Source of the DNA: Podarcis filfolensis
Taxonomy: Eukaryota
Length of the DNA: 64,000 bases
Reading direction: 5' to 3' (one strand)
Assembly: GCA_964270895.1 (NCBI GenBank)
Contig: OZ185437.1
The translations under genes and the position numbers were made by a program. Positions 48,827 to 61,085 of the stretch are shown piece after piece. Within the stretch, counting starts at the first letter, position 1. Every line of letters starts with the position of its first letter. The notes beneath the pieces are model-generated. The model saw only the letters and a program-made list of their open reading frames with translations. It did not search any database and had not been told where the DNA came from.

Positions 48827-51800
48827 GCAGCTACTGAAGCTTTGTAACCCCTTTTTCTCATTTCAGCCCACATGTGACATTAAAATAGGCGCAGGTGAGC
48901 ATGCCAAACATTTTTGAGAGCCTGCATCTTTGATGGACTTATCTACAGAATCTCCATGTTCATTCCCCATCTCATAGTCCTTCCTAGGGTAGGAAGCTCA
49001 CAGGCTAGAGGGACCTTTAGTCTCATCCAGAAGGGCTGTTCTTATTTCAACAAGACACCCTTAATGGTCTCATCACAATGGCATGCTTTTTCCAGGTTCA
49101 GAGATTATTCACATAGTTGTTGTTTTCCGTTTTGACTTTTGGCAGGCAATTAATGCTGGATATCTTAGATGGACCATTTGTTGTGAAGAGTTTAGCAAGC
49201 ATCTATCTGGCCTTTTGCCATGCCATCAGCACTTAAAATCGGGGACGGGAACCTGTGGCCCTCCAGATGTTGCTGGGCTCCCAGCTCCCATCATCGCTGA
49301 CTGCTGGCCATGCTGGCTGGGGCTGATGGGAGTTGGAGTCCAACAATATTTGGAGGGTCACAGGTTCCCCCTCTCTGAGTTTGCCAGAAACTCAGTGTGG
49401 AAAAGGGCGGAGCAGCTCCATAGGCATTTAATTCTTTCACAAGAACAAGTTCTCAGTGAATCTCCATTTTGAGGTGGCAACCGAAAAGTCACAACGTGTC
49501 AAAGACAACACTACTGTGTATCAAAACTTTGACCTGTCTCTTCCTCTTCCTCCTCCCAAGCTAAAACTTTACAAAGCACGTGGCTTTAATATAAAATTCC
49601 CCCTCAGGAATGTCCGTTCATCCATCAGAAAATGACAAAGGCTTTGGTGTTCCTGGGAAACCTTATTTACAATGGACTTACATCAATGGATTCTTATCAG
49701 CTTCAGCTCCCACTTCACCCAATATTTCAGACACGGCAGCTGAAAAGGCCTTTTGATCACACCACCGTGCACATGGACAAAGTTACCACAGGGCAAAACA
49801 CAGCCAGACCTCCATAATCCATACATAGTGCTGTCCAGATGCGCGGGTGTGTGCAACAGCAGCTTACACAGCACCAAAAAGACATCTGTTTATATCAGCT
49901 TTGTGCAACACTTGTGTTTATTCAAGCAGTGCTTACATTTTGCAAAAGGATTGTTGGCAAAATCATATTCTTAGCCTTTGGGTGAACACAGAATTTGCTG
50001 AAAGTTAATAGGCAAACAGGACTATGGGCTTCCTGTCCAGCAAGCCAGCATAACATCTCCAGGGAACAAAGCAAAGGCTGATTGCATTTCAAAGACCTGA
50101 AGGTTTCAGATTACGTGCATGGGATAAGCTGAACCGCTGGATCCTCAAAAGATGTGAGCCGTGTTCAATGTAATTCAGCAACAGGTACCTGCCGGAAATT
50201 AAAACTGCTGACTCTTCAGACATCCGCCTGTTCATATTTCCACTGGACAAGTTGCCAAGCTAAACAGCATGCCTTTCAAAGGTCTTCACTTTCCGTCACA
50301 TTCATGGAAAGTGTAGGAAATAGTGAGCCTCCCTGAATCAAGATAAAAAGGTCTTGGATTTTCCCAAATGTAACTTAAGACAAAGGTTTGGGATGGGGAA
50401 TCTGTGGCCCTCCAGATGTTTTTGGATGCCAACTCCCATCACCCCCAGCCAGCATGGCCTATTCTCAGGGATGGAGGGCCACAGGCTGTCATTTCCTAGA
50501 AGAGAACTTCCCATGGAATAGCAAAACTGTTGAAGAGGAGCAGGATGGATTCTGTCCTTGCTCAAGTTCCTAATTCTAAGAGTATGGCAGTGGACCACTT
50601 ACTCTTCATCCGTGCTGCATGTAAATGGTCCACCATGTAGAGTCAGCCGCCAAGAGGGAGCAGTTTAAGTGTGAGCATGGCCTCAGCAGGATGATTGTTT
50701 GGTGCCCATCAGCTTTCAAAAAAGAAAGTGCAAATGAGACAGTTTCTTTTAATAGAAAAGCTATTTTTTAAGTTACAGGAAAGAAGTTTTGAATTACACT
50801 GACTACTTCTATGGCTTACACGCTGAGAGCAAAGACTGAAATAGATGTTGCATGTCCAAGCTGACGCATAAAGAGCTTTGCCCTCTCTGGAATATCAAGC
50901 ATTCTGGGACTCCGGAAGAGCCAGGAGACAGTGCAAAGGTGCTCACCTATCAGCTATATATATATAGGAATTGTTCCTTCCCCTTGCTTTTTTGGCAGCT
51001 GGCATAAAACCAAAATGAAAGCAAAATTCTGGGTAGACATTTGTGTTCTGGCAGGTTGGCAACCCTACTTACATGTCACCATAGAAATAACAAATCAAAC
51101 TGATGTAGTCCTGGTAAAAGCAGCTTTCCTTCTTTCTAACCATTCCTTTGCCAGATGAAACAAGTACTTATGGGCAAAGTCTCTGTTCATGCAAGATTTT
51201 ACAAGAAAGTAAAAGTATTTGCAACACATGGAAGATGTGTACAAAAGTGAAGGCAATTTGCACAGCAGCAGTGGCCAGGACATTGAAGTGAGAAGGGAGA
51301 GACACTGAGAGGGAAGAAGAGGTGGTTTATAACAATGGCAGAAGTTTAAGTAAAGCAAGAGTGGGGAGAAACTGAGAGGGGAAAACTGGTTTTAAACAAC
51401 AGCACAGGTTATTATGTAAGCAGGCGAGTTGAGGCACAGGAATGGGGTGAAGATGAAACTAGGGGCATGGAAAGGTCTTTGGAACACAAGGGGATGGTGA
51501 CTTCATAGTTGGACAGAGGATGAAAAGGCTGCTGAGTAGCTGCAACATGTGGGTGGAGTAAGATGCAAGAGGTAGCTTTTTGTGCAAAGAGGGGTGTACA
51601 AAAGGAGGGTGAGGCATGGACTTGAGGTAAAAAAAACAGGGCTGAGAAACAGAAGAGAGAAGTGACTTCAGAAATCAGGTTGCGAAGGTGAAAAGTGAGC
51701 TTAGTAGTTGCGTGGGGTGGAAAGGGGAAGCGAGGGCAAGGGCAGGGATGGTGCCCTCCAGATGTTGTGGACTAGAGCTCCCATCTGCCCCAGTCAGCCT

Positions 51801-52429
51801 GGCTGGAGTTGTTGGGAGTTGTAATTCAAAGCATCTGAGCAGCTCCAGAGTGGAGAAGGGCTGATACAGACACACATATATGCACCCACTTGAAAGGGGC
51901 CTAAACTGCAACAGCTGAATTCTTTAAAAGCAAACATTTATCAGGATCATTCCAACATGGTCCCTTGACAGAGGGAAACATGGAAAACAGTTTCTGGTTA
52001 ACATCCGTACTTAACTGTTAATTCCCAGAGACAGTGGACAAAAGGATCTGGCTAGAAGGACAGCCAAATCTAAACGGGGGGTGAACAAGCCCAGCTATGC
52101 CAGTCCTATCCCATGACCCTCTGAAGCCCTACATTTGGGGTTCAAAAAAATCCTAAGGGAGCTCCTCATGCCATCTATTTCCCATTACTTCCCTGAGAAA
52201 CAGCCTGCCAACTTCAAATCAGATTTTTGCTTTTTAAATAAGCGTTGAAATGGCATCTTTGGCGAAATCAAATCAGTCCAGAACACTGTGTTCTTGTTAA
52301 CTTAGATCAGTTTCAATTGTTGCAGCCTCATGATATGGTCTTTTCCTCTTGACCCTTGCCCATTATTACATATAAGAGTGGATCAGAGGGAGTTAACTGG
52401 GTGGGCTCAGGAAGTGGAGAAAGCCTTGG

Positions 52430-53545
52430 TGTGGTACTCTTAAAGAGGTGGTGGTGTGCCCTGCCCTTAAGAGGACCTTCCTGGATCCAGAAGTGTTGAC
52501 GTTCTATCACTTGGGTGCTATTATTCCCTTCTTAGGCAAGATGCTCAAGATGGTGGTGGCAATGTGGTTGGAAGAAGTTAACCATTTGGACCCTTCTGAG
52601 TCCAGACTCAGGCCCCAGTATGACACCAAAACAGTCTTGGCCACCTTGGTCGATGACTTTTGTTGAGAGAGGGACAGAAGAAATGAAGTTATATTGAGTC
52701 TCCTTCACCTGTCAGTGACGTTTGATCATAGTATCCTCCTGGAGCAGCTTTGTGGATTTGGAAATTGGGGTGTGTGTGTGCTCTGCAATGGTGTCACTTC
52801 TACTTCTGTGCCATTGTGGGAGGGTAACCATTGTGAAATAATTTGCAGTGTCCTGCAGGGGTCAATCTAGCCCCCCCCCCCCAACACTATTTAACACCTA
52901 CAGTACATGAAGCTGTTGGGGGGGTGTCATAAGTACGCAATGACATGCAGCTCTATCTGTGCCATATGAATCAGCAGAGGTGGGTCAGGTGCTGGACTGT
53001 TGCCTGGAGGTGCTGTGCGCCAGATGAACTTGAATCCAGACAAGATGAGAGCATTGTACATAGCTGGCTCTCAGGTCCAAGAAGGGAGTAGATGACCTGT
53101 TATGGACAAGGTTGCTCTCTCCTGAAGAAATGAGGGAGTACTCCTCAATTCAGCCTTGTCACTTGAGGCTCAGGGAGGCTTGGAGTACCTATTTCCATTT
53201 CTGGCTTGTTCACCAATTATGGACGCCCGTGACCAGAGATCGCTTGACTGCAGTAACCCATGTTCTGGTAACCTCCAGACAGGACTATTGTCGCAAACGC
53301 TTTGTGGGTCTTCCCTTGATGGTTTGGAAGCTGCAGCCAATGCTGAATGCAGCAGCCAGGCTGGGGGAGAACACACCACACCGGTTCTTAAAGGTCAGCA
53401 CCGGCTGCCGGAGTGCTTCCGAGCACAATACAAGATGCTTGCATCAACATATAAAACTCTATAAACAACTTGGGCCCTCTTAAGAAGTGCCTCCTCCCAC
53501 ATACATCTGACCAGATGTCATGTTCAGCAGGGGAGGCCTTGCTGG
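52430..53545 (+). mobile_element. L2 ORF2 fragment, heavily decayed
   Basis: PFLGK.L..VVA...HLDP...TVLATLVDD, tcctgcaggggtc (PQGS), ...VTHVLVTSR.DYC....GLPL...KLQ...NAAARL. Confidence 0.85.
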
Positions 53546-53574
53546 TGGTCCCACCCTGCTGTAAAGTATGTAAT

Positions 53575-53930
53575 ATAATAATAATAATTTATTATTGATA
53601 CCCCACCCATCTGGCTGGGTTTCCCCAGCCACTTTGGGTGGCTTCCAACAAAATGTTAAAAATACAATAAAACATTAAAAACTTCCCTAAAAAGGGCTGC
53701 CTTCAGATGTCTTCTAAAAGTCAGATAGTTGTTTATTTCCTTGACATCTGATGGGAGGGCGTTCCACAGGGCAGGCACCACCACCAAGAAGGCCCTCTGC
53801 CTGGTTGCCTGTAACCTCACTTCACGCAGCGAGGGAACCACCAGAAGGCCCTCGGAGCTGGATCTCAGAGTCCATGCTGAATGATGGGGGTGGAGACGCT
53901 CGCTCCTTCAGGTATAAGGGGTGTAAGGCT
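53575..53930 (-). mobile_element. L2 3' end (young lacertid-type)
   Basis: (TAA)n tail, ccccacccatctggctgggtttccccagccact. Antisense frame PSLREVRLQATRQRAFLVVVPALWNALPSDV. Confidence 0.9.
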
Positions 53931-56776
53931 CCCCTGAGATCTGTAGATATAGGGCAGTATACCAATAAATTAAACACATATGTGGGGTTTCTCTTTAGTG
54001 GCCCCCCGCCCTCCAAAGTATTCTGGTTCCATCATGACATACCGTACCTTTTTGCACTGGCCTTTAAGGGTGCAGTCACGAGTATCACTTCTTCTGCTAC
54101 ATCGCTGCTGCATCTGCTTGCTGTTTGATACGGTATAACTGATGGCTTACTATTGTTAAATACTACATGGCTCATTTGTTTTAAGTAGTGTGTAACCTGC
54201 ATTGAGACTGCATCGTAAAGGATGGGTATAAACGTACATGACATCCACACATACATTAAATAAACTGGACCTTATCGGCTATGGAATACGTGGCAGGGTA
54301 CAGAGAAGGTCTATTTGGAAGCAGACAGCTTCCCAGGACCCCAATTTGGAAGGAAAATATGTCCTTCCTCTATTGCTATGCGCTGGAGTGAGCCGTGTAA
54401 CAGCACAGACCTATTTTAGGTTGTTAAGAAGAGCTAGCTCAATGTGCCATTTAAGCACCAACAATGAAATTGACAGCAGCCCATGAAATGCACCCCTTAG
54501 GACATGCAAGGAGCCTCATGCTGGCTGAGGGTTATGTAAGTAGAAATCATCAGACTTCCTTTGGGGTAGCTGCATGGGGAGAGGAACGCTGTCTGTAAAA
54601 CAGGCAGGCCAAAGAGCCATCAGAATTTATTTTCAGAGGGGAGGGGGAATGATAACGTTCCCACAGAAAGCTTGCTTTTAAGTATAGCCCACACTTTTGA
54701 AAAACAAAACATCCTAAGGCACATCAGATTATAGGCTACAGGATACACTTCCTACTCAAACAGGCAAATTAGGTGTTATTGTTTGTTGTTTCTTTAAAGA
54801 AACATTCGAGAACAGTGTGTAGCTTGCAGTATACCAGTATCTACAACAGTATTAAATCATTTAATTCATATATACCAAGTCATCACACTGTTTGGAAAAA
54901 AAGAGAAGTCAGAATGAGCTGCATTTTTGAAAAGCCATGATTTTTGCGGCCTTATGAAACTTGACTGCTTTATGGAGTGTATGGTTTGGTATGCGGCCTG
55001 AGCAGCCCCCATGTGTTAATAGTAGATAGGCAAAGTTTCCACTCCCTTTCCAGCAAGCATTGTACTCCTTTTGAGCTCCCGATAAAAATGTAATCACCCA
55101 TCTTTTATTCCCATTGTACAGGGGAGCAATAAAGGCGGTAGGGTGTGTGTGTGTGTGATATTGGCCCTTACATTTGAGTCAGTATCCACATACCCACAGA
55201 TAACACCAAAGCCCTGCATACAGAAAGTTCAGAAAACCAGATGTTAACTTCTCACCATTATGAGTTTATTGTTGACCATATGCAAGCAAGTTAACATACA
55301 GAGTTTCTGTGCAATGGAAACTTATTTTCCAAGCTATGGCACTGCAGGAGCAAACATATTTTTATTGAATCAGGCTCATTTGACTCCAGTCAAGATTTCC
55401 ACTACACTTTGAAGCTTTCAGCAGATGATGTGTATTTTATGCATTGCTCCTAGCACACCTGAGTCCCATAGATTCTGGAATGTTGGTTATGTCAAACTAA
55501 GTCAGACTCAAGAGTAGACCCAATGGAATTAAGTCCATGGATTTCAGCAAGTTCACCTTGTGATTTAGTTGGGATTTGGCCTCGATCTTACAAGTAGTTC
55601 AACTAGGTCAGGAGCAACATTGTAGCCAATTTTTATCAAGGGGTTTTGTAGAACCGGAGCCTATGCCTAATGAGGCCGTTAGGAAAAGACACAGCTTGAT
55701 TACCGTAGCTCTTTAATAAATAAATAAAAGTTCCAATTATAGGATTTTCTATATCTGATTCAAAGTATTTGTAATGGTAAAATGGTTGTATATGCATTGA
55801 AGGATATGTACCCAAAGAACTAAAAACAAGCTCTTTTTGTAGTCATGCATCCCAAGATAAGTTAAGGAACATCATAGAAAGAAAGTCTGATGCCTCTTCT
55901 CTCCAGCAGACTTCCTGCATTCCAGAACAATGTGGAATGGGCTGCAAGATGCCACTGGAGCAAGGAGAATCACCCAGAATTGGGCTTGGATTCCAATAAA
56001 CATGGAGTTTCCCATCCATTCCCTCCCCAAGTAACCCAAACCCCACCGTATATTGTTCGTGGAGGCTCCCACCCTGCAAGAAAGGCTTTTTAGGGACCAC
56101 AGAGCAAACTTTCTTCTATAAACTTCCCTTTCTTTCACTCATCTTAGAATCCAGGCCAGACAGTTTTTCTTCTCCTTATGTACATACACTGTTACGTTTT
56201 CTCCTGGAGCTGGAGGGAGAGTTTAGAATGGAGGAATGGCATAGAGAGTAATAGGTTTACATTTATTTTTTAAAACCTTCCTGCAAAGCCACTGCCCCGA
56301 TCCAATTTGGGGAGCCCTGTAGCTATAATTTACTCAAATCTGCAAAGTTAGGCTATCTGATCATGGCCCTCCTACATCTTGTGTAGCTTGGCCGTCTGTA
56401 ATATAGATCAGTTTGCTACACTAGAAAAGGAGAACAGTCCCGAAAGGTTGAAGCATCATTTAATGTTATTTAAACATGGCGTCAATGGAGGTAATCACAG
56501 ATAAGCACGATAAGACACATGTAATGCAGACTTGGAAGAGTTTGTTTTTAAACACATTTTAAGAACAAGAATGAACAAAATAAGCAGTCCGTCCAATTGT
56601 GAGGGGTTCCCCCGCTTACCCTTGATTTTCCCTTATTACCCTTACTCCATTTTGGTCTCTTTTCCTGGTTACTGTGACCTACTTTTTTATGAAGAGGGGA
56701 CACCAAAATGCCTAATAAGAGGAGTTGAAAGGATTCAATATTTAAATCACACTGCAAGTGAAAGGACTCCCCCCTC

Positions 56777-56820
56777 TTTATTTCCCTCTGAAACTATGCA
56801 CTGCTAGTTATGCTTTTATT
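56777..56820 (-). terminator. Tandem AATAAA polyadenylation signals (56820-56815 and 56782-56777)
   Basis: Plus-strand tttatt twice. Minus strand reads ...tgtagaacactacattgttttttttttaattttc...actgtaagtAATAAAagcata...ggaAATAAAg. Confidence 0.55.
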
Positions 56821-59617
56821 ACTTACAGTAATCAGTAACAAAACGACAGACTTATTGTATGCATTGAAAATTAAAAAAAAACAATGTAGTGTTCTACATT
56901 CTGATGGGCCATGCAAGTCTATGGTCCCTGGGAGTGTTTTCCTGGGGCTATGGGATGAATCAGACCTTGCTCTGAATATAAAAGTCAAACCAGGGGTAGG
57001 GGTGTGTGTGTGTGTTGAGATAGGACCTCCCACTGCAGAAATCTCTGTGGCCCTTGCCTCACCAACATTTGAGGTCCAACATCATCAGAGGCCTAAGGGA
57101 AGCATGCTGGGGGTGGGTCAGGGAAAAGCATAGCTTTGATGGATCTCACAAGTCCCCTTCTCAGTCCCCTGAAACTAAAGGAAACGTATGTAAGCCCTGG
57201 AAGTCGTGTCTGTGCATTCTCTCCCATCAGAAACAACAGGAGAGGAATAGTTCCCATTAAAAAAAAAAAATCTGGAAAGGCAGAAACCGTTACTTCTTCC
57301 CTCCTGCAACAAGTCCAGCAGGGCTTTGGATAACTCTGAATCTCTGCTACTGCCCCCACCATCACCACCCACTGAAAAGATGGTTCTCCCAGCTGGGCAG
57401 GAGAGGGCTGAGTCAGTCTAAAGCTATTGCCAACAGTGAAACAGGAAACTTATCCCAACCAGGTTAGGAAAAATGAGAGCCACTGAAAAAAATGTAGGCA
57501 GCAACTTCACCTAAGGCTGGAAGAAAAATACTTTAGTGCCCTGTGTGCTAAACAATTGGGCAAGTAGGTGCCTGGGATTTCCGCACTGGTATTTCTCATG
57601 TACAAGATGCAGTGAGATCTGATGTGGATTCTGTTTGCAGGGCTTGCATGTGTAGACTGCATTCAGATATAATGGGAAACCATGGTTTATTGGTATAGGA
57701 ACAGGGCCCCCACCTTGAACTCATGTGCTTCCACCTGCCCCTAGCTTCCACCTGTTTGATCCTAGCTTATTCTAAGCATGGAAGCCTTGGGTTCACATGT
57801 TCTTCCTCCCCTTTCATGTGCCAACATCTGCTTTGGCTTTTGAATTAACCACAGTTCCCAAAGCCTGGACTCACAGAGAACTGTGGTTAGTTTAAAAACT
57901 AAAGCAGATGTTGGCACATGAAAAGGGAGGACAGGGAAACATGTAAATCCGAAGTTCATTCATGTAGCAGAAAACCATTGTTCCTCATTATGCCTGAATT
58001 AGGCCAGTTTAAACCTAAGATGATAATGGAATGAATAAGAAGCCTACTTTAAAGGCGGTGGCTGGTGGGAGGAGGAATCTTGACAATACAGAAAAGGAGA
58101 CAATAACTTAAGGCTTTTGCGCTCATTTTGCAAATAACAGGTTCCTAAACAGCTCAATCTCCAGAATTCAGAACATTGCATTACTTAATTAGAAGAGGAA
58201 TTTCTATAGGTAGATATTGGAGCAAATAATATTCCACATTTTAGATCCATCACATTGTAATCTATTGCAAGGGCAGGCCATTTTGTTAAAATATAAAATA
58301 TACCTTTGAATTGTCTTGAAAGGGATTTGGGTCACCACCAAAATGTGTTGCATGTCGGCTAATGTTCATTTTGTTCAAAGCAATATGGAAGACCATAAGA
58401 AATCATGGACAAAGCATGCAGCCCAGGTAGTTACCACCACTGCTAGCCCGCATTTGTGATCATTTAAAAAAACATCATTTAAATCACTACATGAAAATTG
58501 ACAGGGACAGATTTGGTATATTTTGAACCAGGACCAATTCCTATGGCCATGCATTTACCTGGAAGACTTTTCCATTGGCATCAATGGATGGATTTCCTAC
58601 TGCTTATGACTGATAGCTTGCTCTAATCCCACCTCACCTTATATTGATAGGCACTGAATTCCATCATGCAGAAAGATGGCCCTATCTAAGGTACATAAAT
58701 GTGCAGTACCTGACTATGTGAAAAAGACTATAATGTAATTAGTTGAGATTATCTTGTAGAAAACATCATCACATTGACTTAGACCATCAGATACATACAT
58801 TTCACAGGTATTTGGTGCATCGTTTAAGGGGAGGATTACATCCTTTATAAATTGATAAAAAAACCTGTCATGGGGTCTCTAGAAATAGAAAAGCAACCCA
58901 AGGCTATTCAAAATATCATCATTATTATTATTTTTTATAATTTGGCAAGCATGCACATTTACACCATGTAAAAGATCTGTAAGTCAGGGGTCTACAAATA
59001 AGATGCAGTTATGTAAGCAGCTCATTGTGTTAAGACATCCCTACACTGTGCATGAAGTAGGCATATCGTCTTAAGAAAAATATATAGGATTTACGTGCAG
59101 ATTCTGCTAAATTTATCAAACTATGGATGTTTCTGGAATGCATGATATAGTTTCTGAAGATGGCAAGACTGAAAATGGGTGCGTGGGAAGCCAAATGTCA
59201 TTAAGTAGCACACATTTTCTAACATCCACCTGTCAAACTCTGTCCTCCTATAGTCTTTTCCTGGTTTCTGTGTCGCCTTGGCACCAGAGGCCTCTGCTGC
59301 AGCTCCTCCCACTTCTGCATGGAGTCAATTCCTCGGCCCAGCTTCTGGTTTCACAGAAGGGTGGGGTAGTTGTCCCTTGGCAACAGAAAACTCTACTTAC
59401 TCCGGGTGGGAACCTTCCACCTAATGCACATCAACCAGCTCCCTCAGGTCCTCCTCCCACCACCTCCTCCTCCTCCAATGACAACGGATGACTTTTAGCA
59501 GCATGTAGAGCTGTGGAATTCAGTCCGTGTGCTCTGGAATAGAGAGATTTTGAGCTAATATAGCTTTGACCCGCTCCCAGTATCCAACTGCTGTTATCAA
59601 AGCCTTTGCAAAATATA
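56790..59617 (-). other. RHOU: Probable RHOU 3' UTR (~2.8 kb)
   Basis: Follows the stop codon, AT-rich and nearly free of LINE/SINE remnants. Ends at a strong-looking AATAAA with upstream U-rich and UGUA elements. The end point is inferred, not observed. Confidence 0.55.
57655..58005. mobile_element. Palindromic Harbinger-like MITE inside the probable RHOU 3' UTR
   Basis: Outer ends ttcagatataatgggaaaccatggttt vs reverse complement ttcaggcataatgaggaacaatggttt. Inner arms 57812-57857 / 57878-57923. Confidence 0.7.
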
Positions 59618-60073
59618 CTATACAAAACAGCAATACTTTTTCCACCAGGATTTGGAGAGGTTTTTCATTTTGTCTGGAGTCCGGCTTTTCGATTTCTTTG
59701 GCTGCTGCTGAGTATCCGAGTACTGAATGCCAGCAACAATGGCTGCATCAAAGACTTCTTTGAGGTTTTTCTGAGTCAAAGCGGAGCACTCGATGTAAGA
59801 GGCGGCTTTTATTTCCTCGGCACAGAGCCTCGCGGCCTCCTCCGCCACGGGCTTTTCTTTGCATTTGTCCAGCTCAATGAGGACCTTGACGTCCTCCCGG
59901 AGGTCCGATTGTGTCCCAACGAGGATAATGGGTGCTTTGGGGCAGTGGCATCGGATTTCAGGAACCCACTTCTCGTTCACGTTCTGGAAAGAGGAAGGGC
60001 TCACCACGCTGAAGCACAGCAGGAAGATGTCTGTGTTGGTGTAGCACAGGGGCCGGAGCTTGTCAAATTCATC
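59618..60073 (-). CDS. RHOU: Rho-family GTPase RhoU/Wrch-1, last coding exon (151 codons + TAG)
   Basis: Minus-strand frame reads [61 protein letters not shown]...[21 protein letters not shown]...[11 protein letters not shown]. It matches the RHOU C-terminal half, including the atypical CCFV end. Acceptor ttctttcccccattttcctccAG at 60075-60074; phase 0; stop TAG at 59620-59618. Confidence 0.97.
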   Translation of the reverse strand, partial: DEFDKLRPLCYTNTDIFLLCFSVVSPSSFQNVNEKWVPEIRCHCPKAPIILVGTQSDLREDVKVLIELDKCKEKPVAEEAARLCAEEIKAASYIECSALTQKNLKEVFDAAIVAGIQYSDTQQQPKKSKSRTPDKMKNLSKSWWKKYCCFV

Positions 60074-60789
60074 CTGGAGGAAAATGGGGGAAAGAAGCGT
60101 GAATGTTGAGAGACCGTTTACTCAGCCACAAAAAGCCCTTCAAAGCTCCATGGTTCAAGGTGAGGGAGGGAGTTGTTCCAACTCCCCAACTGCTTAAGAA
60201 ATCACCCCACATACCTAGGAATTCCTGCACAAACCCTACATCCTCTCTGTTGCCTCTTCCCCTTCTTTGCAACTTCTAAATAGGGCTGCAGCTGAACTTA
60301 CAGATCAGAGCTTTCAGGGAAATGCTGGGATATAGCTCTCCTGGGACTGCACCCACTGTATGATACTGAAAGGAATTGCATGTTTGAATGCTACCCCATT
60401 TTAAAAAATCCTCATAAACCCAGCAAATCAGGGCAAAGACTAGGCTAGCCTCCATATTCCCCTGACAAGCAAAGGAGTTTTTGGCATGGGACATCGTTCC
60501 TTTTTATGATCCACCTCCTGCATTAGGAAGTGGCAAAGTCCTATAAGACTGTCCCAGATGATTCTGCTGAATGCATAGCCATACAGGAGGGATGATGCAA
60601 TAAAAGCAGGCCACGCATCCGGCAAGAACTGACAGGCAAATGGGAAACTGAATTGAACCAAAGGAAAGGCTTTGCTGAAAAGACAGCTTTTACCCTTTTC
60701 CTAGTGGAATTCCTCAGAGATTACTATTGGGTTTTGTTTCATATAGCTGTTTTCATTAGTGACCCTGGAAGGGAAGTGGGAGCACGTAG

Positions 60790-61085
60790 ATGAAACTTAC
60801 AGATGGCACTAACTTAGGAGGCACTGTAAATACCAGAAGGATTGATGAGAACTCATGCGGGATGAATGGGATAGCCACCTGAACTGGTGCAACACAAAGG
60901 GAATTAAATGGAATTAACACAAACCTAAGCAAAAGGAAAGAAAATTGCCACCTGGAGATTTGGCAGCTGGAAAAGAGTCATGCAGAACCTGATCTCCGGA
61001 TCTTGTCTAATCACAAGGTGGCTATGAACTGCCAGTGCAAGCAGTTGTAAAAGGGAAAAGGCAGTTCTCAGATGCATGAAGCAAT
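60790..61085 (+). mobile_element. Ancient CR1 RT fragment (antisense in RHOU intron)
   Basis: cagatggcactaacttaggagg (ADDTKLGG-like) ... gatcttgtctaatcacaaggtggctatgaactgccagtg (DLG.LVDHKL.M..QC-like). Confidence 0.55.

Noticed and set aside
51230-51740. Strongly purine/G-skewed plus-strand stretch, considered as an R-loop terminator for RHOU
   Set aside because: RHOU is on the minus strand, where this stretch is C/T-rich, the wrong polarity for a G-rich pause site. No repeat unit is discernible.
58027-59140. Two miR-1/206 7mer-A1 matches (plus-strand TGGAATG at 58027 and 59134) in the 3' UTR
   Set aside because: I tried many seeds by eye. Without conservation data two 7-mers in 2.8 kb are not distinguishable from chance.
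59606-60109. 167-aa plus-strand ORF opposite the RHOU exon
   Set aside because: Antisense shadow of a conserved exon. It starts at a non-ATG codon and has no independent support.
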